Source of the DNA: a virus
Length of the DNA stretch: 64,000 bases
Reading direction: 5' to 3' (one strand)
Virus record (IMG/VR): IMGVR_UViG_3300045988_130116
The notes below the pieces were generated by a model. The model searched no databases and had not been told where the DNA came from. It saw nothing but the letters and a program-made list of their open reading frames with translations. Below are positions 8,241-15,442 of this stretch, one piece after another (position 1 is the first letter of the stretch; each line of letters opens with the position of its first letter). The position numbers were made by a program, and so were the translations under genes.

Positions 8241-8297
8241 TTAAGATTTTTAAAAATATTACTGTAATTTATTCAAATTATAAAAAGTGACCTAAAA

Positions 8298-8312
8298 TGA
8301 TAATCATTATCA
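8298..8312. promoter_or_regulatory. perfect Fur-box palindrome TGATAATCATTATCA
   Basis: Exact match to the 7-1-7 Fur box TGATAATNATTATCA. Confidence 0.6.
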
Positions 8313-8413
8313 TTTATAATATTGTATAAAAACTTGTTTAATGTATACAAGTTGTTTCTTTATAAGAGTATTTAAAATTTAAATTATTTCCGAGTAGGCC
8401 GCTTTTTTCTAAT

Positions 8414-8428
8414 TAATAATCATTCTCA
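8414..8428. promoter_or_regulatory. Fur-like box (complement TGAGAATGATTATTA, 13/15)
   Basis: Left arm of the 8414-8559 inverted repeat. Confidence 0.4.
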
Positions 8429-8484
8429 ATTAATAATTATTTTCATCAGGAAGGACCGCAGTCTAATTGAAAATTATTTTCAGT

Positions 8485-8499
8485 TGATAATTATTATCA
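8485..8499. promoter_or_regulatory. perfect Fur-box palindrome TGATAATTATTATCA
   Basis: Exact match to the 7-1-7 Fur box. Lies at the centre of the 8414-8559 inverted repeat. Confidence 0.6.
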
Positions 8500-8544
8500 T
8501 AAATTCTGATCATCTGAGGGTCCGCAGTGAGAATTGATATTAAT

Positions 8545-8559
8545 TGAGAATGATTATCA
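8545..8559. promoter_or_regulatory. Fur-like box TGAGAATGATTATCA (14/15)
   Basis: Right arm of the 8414-8559 inverted repeat. Confidence 0.45.
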
Positions 8560-8575
8560 CCTCTGGTTACTTCTG

Positions 8576-8607
8576 AAAAAAAAATACCTTTGGAAAAATC
8601 CAAAGGT
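8576..8607 (-). terminator. rho-independent terminator ending the amidoligase cassette
   Basis: 9-bp stem ACCTTTGGA/TCCAAAGGT with a 4-nt loop (8586-8607), then a T run on the minus strand (plus-strand A run 8576-8584). Confidence 0.75.
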
Positions 8608-8625
8608 TTAAAGTAAGTTATTTAA

Positions 8626-9852
8626 TTAAAAAGTGTCATTTAAATAGTGAGATAGATATATATCTAAATTTTGATATTCTTCAAGGTTATTATCAATTAT
8701 TTCTCTAATCTTATATTTATTGTTAGTTTTATTAATATCATTAAATAATAGTAATTTAATTAACTCTATATTTGCAAATATATTTCTAAAAGATAAAGTC
8801 CCCTTAAAAAGTCTAAATTCTATTGTAGAGTAGTTATTAAAATTAATTATATGATATCTATCTCCCCACTTGTTTTCTAATGCTATATTTTCCAAGTTAC
8901 CTAAACTAGTGTCATAAAATGGAGACCATCTATTAAAACGACCTATATCCCTTTGACTATAGTCAAATATAAAGTCCTTGTTTAATTCCATAAATTGAAG
9001 AATATCTATCATTCTACTTTTTACAAAATTATTTTTAGTTATATGAATATGACCTCCACAAGAAGAATCTATATCAAAGTTAGCGCATTTTAAAAATCTA
9101 GTCATTTTTGGAATTACATCGTATGCAACATTAAAGCCTAACGGTTGACTTATAAACTCTATACCATTATTTAACGACCCATCCTCTTCTATATGGAAAT
9201 ATTTTTGCCAATTAAAATTATTATTGTCACAAATTTGTATAAAATCATTTATACATTCATTTATATTTGAGCGTGTTATTACCTCTAATTCAAGTCCTAA
9301 AAATACGCCTTCTTTACTCTCTCCAATAGGACTATATTCTCCATCCCATTCATGATAACTGTATACAAAGTCGTTGCAAGTCTCACAGTAGCAATCAATA
9401 CAATAAAACTCTCCATCCCCTTCATTATAATATAAGTCTTCTATATCGATAGCCTCTTCACAGTTGTAGCAATAATTCCACGCCTCACTCCTAGAAGAAT
9501 AACAATAAGTATTGCATTCAACCTCAACAAATTCATCGGTAGAGGCTTCTAATTCGTGATGGAAATCGCAATAATCAATATAATATCTTAAAGAAAAATC
9601 GTTAATACAGTCTCTACATCCGTCGAATATATTTATATAGATATTGTCTTCTAATACATGGATTTCTTCTATATCGTCTATTATTTCAACGTCGTTGATA
9701 TCGTCTTTATTATCTAATTCATTGATAGAGTCCATTATATTCTCCATATAAGGACAAGTATTACAAGAACAACTACCTTTTAAATTTTTCATAAATTCAA
9801 CGCTAAAATTATTATTTTCTAATACCTCAACTAATAAACTATTATTTAACAT
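8626..9852 (-). CDS. Cys-rich N-domain fused to an amidoligase (Amidoligase_2 / GCS2-like) domain
   Basis: The C-terminal half has GLELEV, EEDGSLNNGIEFISQP, SSCGGHIHI and TIEFRLFKGTL, which fit the amidoligase_2 motif order. The N-terminal ~170 aa has many CxxC pairs. Terminator at 8576-8607. Confidence 0.65.
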   Translation of the reverse strand: MLNNSLLVEVLENNNFSVEFMKNLKGSCSCNTCPYMENIMDSINELDNKDDINDVEIIDDIEEIHVLEDNIYINIFDGCRDCINDFSLRYYIDYCDFHHELEASTDEFVEVECNTYCYSSRSEAWNYCYNCEEAIDIEDLYYNEGDGEFYCIDCYCETCNDFVYSYHEWDGEYSPIGESKEGVFLGLELEVITRSNINECINDFIQICDNNNFNWQKYFHIEEDGSLNNGIEFISQPLGFNVAYDVIPKMTRFLKCANFDIDSSCGGHIHITKNNFVKSRMIDILQFMELNKDFIFDYSQRDIGRFNRWSPFYDTSLGNLENIALENKWGDRYHIINFNNYSTIEFRLFKGTLSFRNIFANIELIKLLLFNDINKTNNKYKIREIIDNNLEEYQNLDIYLSHYLNDTF

Positions 9853-9882
9853 ATAATTTTACCTCCTAATTATTTATTATAG

Positions 9883-9910
9883 TTAGGGAATTTTTAAAGG
9901 TATTCCCTAA
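9883..9910 (-). promoter_or_regulatory. conserved leader hairpin upstream of the amidoligase gene
   Basis: 9-bp stem TTAGGGAAT/ATTCCCTAA with a 10-nt loop, ~30 nt upstream of the RBS. A near-identical copy lies at 10593-10620. Confidence 0.5.
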
Positions 9911-9925
9911 AAACCTTTTATAAAA

Positions 9926-10564
9926 TTATTGATTATTGTTTAAATAATCATTATATAATTTTTTCCAATAATTCCATATACAACAACAACAATTTGAAAA
10001 ATCATTATTTTTACATTCGCAATATTTTTTTGGAATTTCTATACCTTCTTTTTGGTATGCTCTAATTAAACAAGTCGATTCTTTCTCAAAGGCTTGATTA
10101 ACATAACTAGAAAAGAATCGGTCATTCCTTAAATATAGAGGGTCACAAATACAGTTTAGGTCATTTTTAAAAGTAGATATTTTTTCAATTTCTTTACTTA
10201 CAAATATTGAAAAATTCATTTTTTCACCATAACCACAAATGCAAGTATTTTCATTTATCCACAAAAATTTGTGAGGTAATACTTCATAACGATTATGTTT
10301 ATTACAATATTCCATAAAATACCATCCATTATATTCCATACAGTTTTTACATTCCATAAAAACATTTACTTGTTTTATATTTTCTTTATCGTCATACATA
10401 TAGCAATTTACTATTTTATTATTAGTGCTTTTATTTTCTAATAAATTGTTTAAAATATTACAGTTATTACACTTGCAAAAAGCCTCACTTTCAAGTTGTT
10501 TAAAGACTTGTATATCTAAATTTAAGCCTTCTAATAAACTTACTAATTCTTTATTGTTTAACAT
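9926..10564 (-). CDS. Cys-rich protein, paralog of the N-domain of the amidoligase protein
   Basis: MLNNKELVSLLEGLNLDIQVFKQLESEAFCKCNNCN aligns with MLNNSLLVEVLENNNFSVEFMKNLKGSCSCNTCP of 8626-9852. Both genes have a near-identical 65-nt leader. Confidence 0.75.
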   Translation of the reverse strand: MLNNKELVSLLEGLNLDIQVFKQLESEAFCKCNNCNILNNLLENKSTNNKIVNCYMYDDKENIKQVNVFMECKNCMEYNGWYFMEYCNKHNRYEVLPHKFLWINENTCICGYGEKMNFSIFVSKEIEKISTFKNDLNCICDPLYLRNDRFFSSYVNQAFEKESTCLIRAYQKEGIEIPKKYCECKNNDFSNCCCCIWNYWKKLYNDYLNNNQ

Positions 10565-10592
10565 ATAATTTTACCTCCTAATTGTTTTATAG

Positions 10593-10620
10593 TTAGGGAA
10601 TTTATAAAGGTATTCCCTAA
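10593..10620 (-). promoter_or_regulatory. conserved leader hairpin upstream of the Cys-rich paralog
   Basis: Same stem as 9883-9910. The loop differs at one position. Confidence 0.5.
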
Positions 10621-10647
10621 AAACCTAATTTTAAAAATATTGTCAAC

Positions 10648-10824
10648 TTATAAATAATAAATTTCATTTAAAGTGTCTATTATATAAGATACATTTAATC
10701 CACTTTGAACGCCTACAAAGTCCGTAATATCCATTAATTTTAAACTAATAGGATTTTTAAAAGTTACTATTAAAGCTACTATTATGCAAATTGTTTTTAC
10801 TATTCTATTTATTTTTTTATTCAT
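10648..10824 (-). CDS. small membrane protein (58 aa), not in the ORF track
   Basis: Own reading. ATG at complement 10822-10824 is preceded by AAAGGGAGGG. Sequence MNKKINRIVKTICIIVALIVTFKNPISLKL... contains one hydrophobic helix. Confidence 0.5.
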   Translation of the reverse strand: MNKKINRIVKTICIIVALIVTFKNPISLKLMDITDFVGVQSGLNVSYIIDTLNEIYYL

Positions 10825-10840
10825 ATAAAGCCCTCCCTTT

Positions 10841-11197
10841 TTATTTTACTTTGCAAAAATCGTAAATTTTTTCTTGTCTTGTTCTATAATAGCAAGTTAA
10901 AATATTGCCACCAGTTAAACTTAAAACTACCATCAAAGTGGCTTGTTTACCTTCTATTATATCGTCTTTACGGTTACCGATGGTTAATACCTCCTCCATC
11001 GTACCCTTCTTTTTTTTGTTTTCCCTTATTTCATATAATAGGATTTTTCCATTTTGGGCTACGCTTCTAATGTATTCTTTATCTATAAAAACTGTATTTC
11101 TTTTTAATGCATGATAGGAAACATAAAAGCTTTTTTTTCTAGCGTTATCAAGTTTTATTTTATCTTTTTTATTTAAGTCTTTATATCTATACTTCAT
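10841..11197 (-). CDS. DUF4258-like (RelE/ParE-fold toxin-like) protein
   Basis: YVSYHALKRNTVFIDKEYIRSVAQNGKILLYE ... LMVVLSLTGGNILTCYY resembles the H-x-x-x-R ... ITvY pattern of DUF4258 proteins. This is a weak assignment from memory. Confidence 0.35.
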   Translation of the reverse strand: MKYRYKDLNKKDKIKLDNARKKSFYVSYHALKRNTVFIDKEYIRSVAQNGKILLYEIRENKKKKGTMEEVLTIGNRKDDIIEGKQATLMVVLSLTGGNILTCYYRTRQEKIYDFCKVK

Positions 11198-11208
11198 TTT
11201 ATCCCCTC

Positions 11209-11574
11209 CTATTTAACAAATATACATCTTTTATAGACTGTACTTGGTCGCCAATTTCTACCATCCGATGTACAGTAAACAACTTTATGACTTCTTGAAA
11301 ATTCATATAAACTTTTTAAGGTAAACTCTTCATTAGTATTTTTAATTCTAACTCTAGCACCTATTGTAATTCTTGGGTCATGGTCAATAGTTAAACATTC
11401 ATATTCTTTTTTATCCATGAATTGATTTTCTACTTTAAATATTAATTCTATTTTGTTTTCTTCATTTATTAAGTTACTTATACACTTTCCAAAGTACATC
11501 CCTTTTTCTTCTAATTCATGAATTTGTTTTCTTATTTCTTTTTTATTTAATCCTATTAATTTTATATATTTCAT
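11209..11574 (-). CDS. hypothetical protein (121 aa), first gene of the amidoligase cassette
   Basis: ORF track. RBS AAGGAGG. Confidence 0.75.
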   Translation of the reverse strand: MKYIKLIGLNKKEIRKQIHELEEKGMYFGKCISNLINEENKIELIFKVENQFMDKKEYECLTIDHDPRITIGARVRIKNTNEEFTLKSLYEFSRSHKVVYCTSDGRNWRPSTVYKRCIFVK

Positions 11575-12662
11575 TTTATTTCCTCCTTATTATTTATTTT
11601 ACTTATTCACTTTTATAAAATTATTGGTCACTAGAATTGTAACCGATATAATTAAGATTTTTAAAGAATGGATTTTTTAATATTATTGTCAACTCTTATT
11701 ATGTTATCTTATTATGTATTATTTAATTGTTAATATAATAGTAACACAAAAAAGTATAAAATACAACTTACAATTGATACAACTTTTTAAAAATGTTATT
11801 TACATATGATATTAAAATAAGATGGAAATTAATATTTGTATATGAAAAATATCCAAAAACTAGCACGTTTTTTTGTTAGGCAATTTATAAAAAAATTATT
11901 TACAAGTGATAAATAAAAATCAAATAAATTTTATCAAATAGTAAGTATTTTTTTATAATGCTTTACAAAAATTTACCATGATTTCTGAAAAATTTATATT
12001 TTTAAAATATATTGTTTATCAAAAATCACTTGTTAGTTTACAAGTGTTTAGATTTTTTACTCTATTTTTATATTTGTAAATTAAAAATAATAAAAATTTT
12101 TACATTATAATTATTATAGTTATTTTTAGAAAAATATAAAAAAAAATTATTTTATTTGTAAGTGTTTTATAGTATAATATTGAATAATTGTAAATTATAC
12201 CTATCTTTATATATATAAATAAAAAGATGTTAGAATAAAGATAGTTAAAAAGGTCATGATTTTATTAATTATCGTATTTCATTAGCTCAAATGTATAACG
12301 TTATAAGGCTTTTGGTGTGCTATCGTTCTGAATAACACGAACTATTATTTGTTATAATTCGGAAATGTATGTATCAAGGTAATTTACGACTTTATTCAAC
12401 ACTAATCGACGCTTCTGTACGCCCTTGTGAGGCGTTCTAAAAAGTTGCCTTTATATTCTATCGTACGATTTTAAAAGTACATTTAACCTTATGAACGCCT
12501 ATATAAGAATAGGCAAGAATAAATTAACAAGTAACAACAAGAATATGTTGCAAGTTGTTAATTATAACTTGCAATTATTATACAATTTATTTCATAGTTA
12601 GATAGTAGGAAATCAGGAAGAATGTAAATGATAATGGCTCTCAACTGCGGTCCATGAATAGT

Positions 12663-12677
12663 TGAGAATGATTATCG
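12663..12677. promoter_or_regulatory. Fur-like box TGAGAATGATTATCG (13/15), part of the composite repeat
   Basis: Preceded by CTGCGGTCCATGA at 12645-12657. Confidence 0.4.
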
Positions 12678-12743
12678 CCACAGACTGCGGTCCATGAATA
12701 AGCGTAAATGAAATCCATTATCAACTGATATTGTATTCTCAAT

Positions 12744-12758
12744 TGAGAATGATTATCG
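12744..12758. promoter_or_regulatory. Fur-like box TGAGAATGATTATCG (13/15), part of the composite repeat
   Basis: Preceded by CTGCGGTCCATGA at 12685-12697. Confidence 0.4.
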
Positions 12759-12879
12759 AATGATTCAAAGTACCAACTTACAATTGTATACCACTATACA
12801 AGTTTTTGGAATTACTATAATTCCTATTAAAATAGTATGATATTATCATAATGATAATGATTAATGTATACAATGTAAA

Positions 12880-12894
12880 TGATAATCGTTATCG
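12880..12894. promoter_or_regulatory. Fur-like box TGATAATCGTTATCG (13/15)
   Basis: Immediately upstream of CTGCGGTCCATGA at 12896-12908. More GATAAT-type hexamers lie at 12838-12866. Confidence 0.4.
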
Positions 12895-12913
12895 ACTGCG
12901 GTCCATGAGTAGG

Positions 12914-12928
12914 TGAGAATGGTTATCG
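12914..12928. promoter_or_regulatory. Fur-like box TGAGAATGGTTATCG (12/15)
   Basis: Follows CTGCGGTCCATGA at 12896-12908. Confidence 0.3.
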
Positions 12929-13226
12929 AATGGTAAAAAGTAACAACTTGTATACAAAATACAATATGTTTATATTTGTTTTTGTATACACTACAATTCA
13001 TAGTGGAATAGCAGAGAATAGAATAAGTATTAATTGATAATGTTTCTTAAATAAGTTAATGTTTTAATTAATAATAATAATAGAATAATAATAATATTAT
13101 TTTGATAATCAAAATATTTGATAATCATAACATTATCAATATGATAACTAAATTATACAATATACATAATTGCCAACTTGTTTTATTAATACAATATGTT
13201 TATATATACTATTGTATACATTAATA

Positions 13227-13440
13227 TTATAGTATGTTATATTGTCTTATATATATTATAACGTACTGTACTATTGTATTGTATAGTATAGTATACGATA
13301 TATTATGTATATATGTTATACTATTATGTATTATATTTGTATATGTATTATTATATACGTATTGCATATGTATATATAGTATGTATTGATGTATTATATA
13401 TGATGTATTATTGTATTGCATTGTTATATATAGTATGTAT
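13227..13440. repeat. AT-rich low-complexity tract (degenerate TATGTAT/TTGTAT units), almost C-free on the plus strand
   Basis: By eye there are only about a dozen C in ~210 nt. Confidence 0.7.
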
Positions 13441-13496
13441 TATATAGGTATATATGTTATACCAATGCATTGGTCACTTGATAGGTATAGCAAAGG

Positions 13497-13511
13497 TGAG
13501 AACGATTATCG
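13497..13511. promoter_or_regulatory. Fur-like box TGAGAACGATTATCG (12/15)
   Basis: Same family as the 12663 box, same orientation. Confidence 0.3.
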
Positions 13512-13701
13512 ATTGATAGCCTTGCATTTTTTGGTTAACCATTTTTGTATTTTGGGTTAACGTATTTTTTTATTGGAATGTATGAATAATTGAATATGTT
13601 TTTATATGAATATGTATTCATGTATTTGGGGATTTTTGGGTTGAATAAGTTCCTTCATTTTTACACGACAAAAAAATTTTTTCCTTCATTGACTAATCAT
13701 T

Positions 13702-13716
13702 CGATAATCATTCTCA
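13702..13716. promoter_or_regulatory. Fur-like box, inverted copy (complement TGAGAATGATTATCG)
   Basis: Opposite orientation to the 12663-13511 copies. Confidence 0.4.
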
Positions 13717-13886
13717 CCCTCATTTAATTAAGCTTCTTATATGAATTTGATAATCATAATCAACTACAATTTTTTTCTTTATATATCAAATATTTTTCCA
13801 TTCAAATATTTTGATTATCAAAGTATTTAATGTCGGATAATAGTATTGTTATAGGTCATTAATAGGGGGGATGTTTCATAATACTT

Positions 13887-13905
13887 GATAATGATAATCA
13901 TTCTG
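13887..13905. promoter_or_regulatory. 19-bp Fur-box-like site GATAATGATAATCATTCTG (17/19 to GATAATGATAATCATTATC)
   Basis: Overlaps CTGCGGCCC at 13903-13911. Confidence 0.5.
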
Positions 13906-13947
13906 CGGCCCCTAGCTACTACACTCAAGCACCATTTTTTCTCAAAG

Positions 13948-14056
13948 CACCATTTTTCACACCATTTTCCCATTATCTCCAATCAATCCTTCCACCTCCA
14001 CAACACCCCAAATATCCCTTTTTCAACCCTTCATATCTCATTAAAAACAATTAATT
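13948..14056. repeat. 109-nt G-free, C-rich tract on the plus strand with CACCATTTT repeats
   Basis: No G between 13948 and 14056. The minus strand is correspondingly C-free with GGG/GGGG runs. Confidence 0.7.
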
Positions 14057-14345
14057 GTATTAAACGAAAGAATAACAACAGTAATTATATATAGTTCCCA
14101 AATATAGGTAAATACAATAAAACAACCTTTTACATATACATAACATTGTATACAATAAAAGATTAAAGTCTCAATAAACACAACAAAAATGATATTAAAG
14201 GTAGGGGAGGGGTGGTTTGCATACTTTTTCTAAAGTTGAATAATAATGACCTTCTGTGTGCCATTTTAAGAAGATAAAATCAATAAGTTAAGTATTTGTA
14301 TTAAGAGTATTTTTTAGGTATATTAGAGAGGAAATATAAAAGGGC

Positions 14346-14380
14346 AAAAAAAAAGAGGAAAACATTTTCAGTTCTCCTCT
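14346..14380 (-). terminator. rho-independent terminator ending the long leftward operon
   Basis: Stem AGAGGA/TCCTCT (14354-14380), then a 9-nt T run on the minus strand (plus-strand A run 14346-14354). Confidence 0.6.
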
Positions 14381-14387
14381 GGAATAT

Positions 14388-14612
14388 TTACCAATTATCT
14401 TGACCACATCTAATATAACAGTAATGTGAATTATCACACATATATATTCTTTCTTTTTTATTACGAGACTTATATCTCCAAGGTTTCCCACATTGAGGGC
14501 ACATACCATGATTCCATCTTCTTTTCTCAAGTTTACTAAGTATGAGATATAATACTATAAGAAGGATTATCCATACTATAATTACTTGAGGTAGTATATT
14601 TGCTAATGTCAT
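14388..14612 (-). CDS. small membrane protein with a Cys/His-rich C-terminus (paralog pair, copy 2)
   Basis: N-terminal TM helix, then WNHGMCPQCGKPWRYKSRNKKERIYMCDNSHYCYIRC. Terminator at 14346-14380. Confidence 0.7.
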   Translation of the reverse strand: MTLANILPQVIIVWIILLIVLYLILSKLEKRRWNHGMCPQCGKPWRYKSRNKKERIYMCDNSHYCYIRCGQDNW

Positions 14613-14848
14613 TATTTTCTCCCATCTACATTATAATAAATTTCACACCAATGACCATGATTACAGGTATAAACTCTTTCTCCTCTTTTATTTTCATATA
14701 CATATCTCCAAGGTTCATTATGATAACTACACATACCATTGTTCCATATTTTCTTATCCTCATATCTTCTTATTAAAGAGTCTATTATGTTTACAATTAT
14801 AACTCCAATTAAAGTTCCACCCATTGTACATAATACTGTTTCTATCAT
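14612..14848 (-). CDS. small membrane protein with a Cys/His-rich C-terminus (paralog pair, copy 1)
   Basis: N-terminal TM helix, then WNNGMCSYHNEPWRYVYENKRGERVYTCNHGHWCEIY. Aligns with the 14388-14612 product. Confidence 0.7.
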   Translation of the reverse strand: MIETVLCTMGGTLIGVIIVNIIDSLIRRYEDKKIWNNGMCSYHNEPWRYVYENKRGERVYTCNHGHWCEIYYNVDGRK

Positions 14849-14859
14849 TTACATCACTC

Positions 14860-15399
14860 CTAATCTAAATATTTTTCTAAATTTAAATAATTTGCAACAT
14901 CTTCTAGCGATTTAAAATATTTACCACCATTTCTTTCTACCATAACACCAACTTTGTCTAAAGATTTCATTTGTGCTTCATTAAATGTTAGCTTTGGAAG
15001 AGGTAATTCTGTAAAATCACAAATTGGATTCCTATCTTCGGTTAACACGCAAAATACGGTTTTATTGGGTCTTTTATTTGAATCATCTACGACTTCTGCG
15101 ATACTATAAACTCCTGTCATTCTAGGTGTTATTACATATAAACAATAATCACACGTCTCTCTTTGTTTTAATTCTTCTTGATAACATTCTTCTGTCCAAT
15201 CATCTACTACTGGGTTAAAATAATCTATATTAAGCATTGGTATTAATTTGTCTCTCCAAGTAGACTCATTACAAGTTCCACCTAGAAATACTTTCTTATA
15301 ATTTTTACCTGTATATCCTTTGCCCCCACAGAAACAACAAGTCTCTCTTTGAAATCCCAGTTTCCCAGTTCCTTCACAATGTTTACATATTTCTTTCAT
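14860..15399 (-). CDS. CxxCxGxG zinc finger fused to a nucleoside 2-deoxyribosyltransferase-like domain
   Basis: CKHCEGTGKLGFQRETCCFCGGKG followed by VFLGGTCNESTWRDKLIPMLNIDYFNPVVDDW and YVITPRMTGVYSIAEV. This resembles the Nuc_deoxyri_tr2 family as I remember it. Confidence 0.45.
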   Translation of the reverse strand: MKEICKHCEGTGKLGFQRETCCFCGGKGYTGKNYKKVFLGGTCNESTWRDKLIPMLNIDYFNPVVDDWTEECYQEELKQRETCDYCLYVITPRMTGVYSIAEVVDDSNKRPNKTVFCVLTEDRNPICDFTELPLPKLTFNEAQMKSLDKVGVMVERNGGKYFKSLEDVANYLNLEKYLD

Positions 15400-15442
15400 T
15401 GCATATACCTCCTAAAAATACTTTTTTCATATTCATCTCTCC

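Noticed and set aside
12600-12930. CRISPR-like array or solitary CRISPR repeat units formed by the CTGCGGTCCATGA repeats
   Set aside because: There are only three to four copies, spacing is irregular (40 and 211 nt), the flanks are shared rather than unique spacers, and no cas genes are present in the window.
13227-13421. 64-aa minus-strand ORF (MQYNNTSYIIHQYILYIH...)
   Set aside because: It is a translation of the TA/TG low-complexity tract (Tyr/Ile/Asn only), with no RBS.
13885-14094. 69-aa His-rich plus-strand ORF starting inside the Fur-like box
   Set aside because: It has a TTG start without a usable RBS, and its composition simply mirrors the G-free tract. I briefly considered a Fur-regulated metal-binding peptide, but there is no support beyond the His content.
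14288-14530. 80-aa minus-strand ORF overlapping 14388-14612 in another frame
   Set aside because: It overlaps the better-supported paralogous membrane protein gene, runs through the terminator hairpin, and has no RBS.
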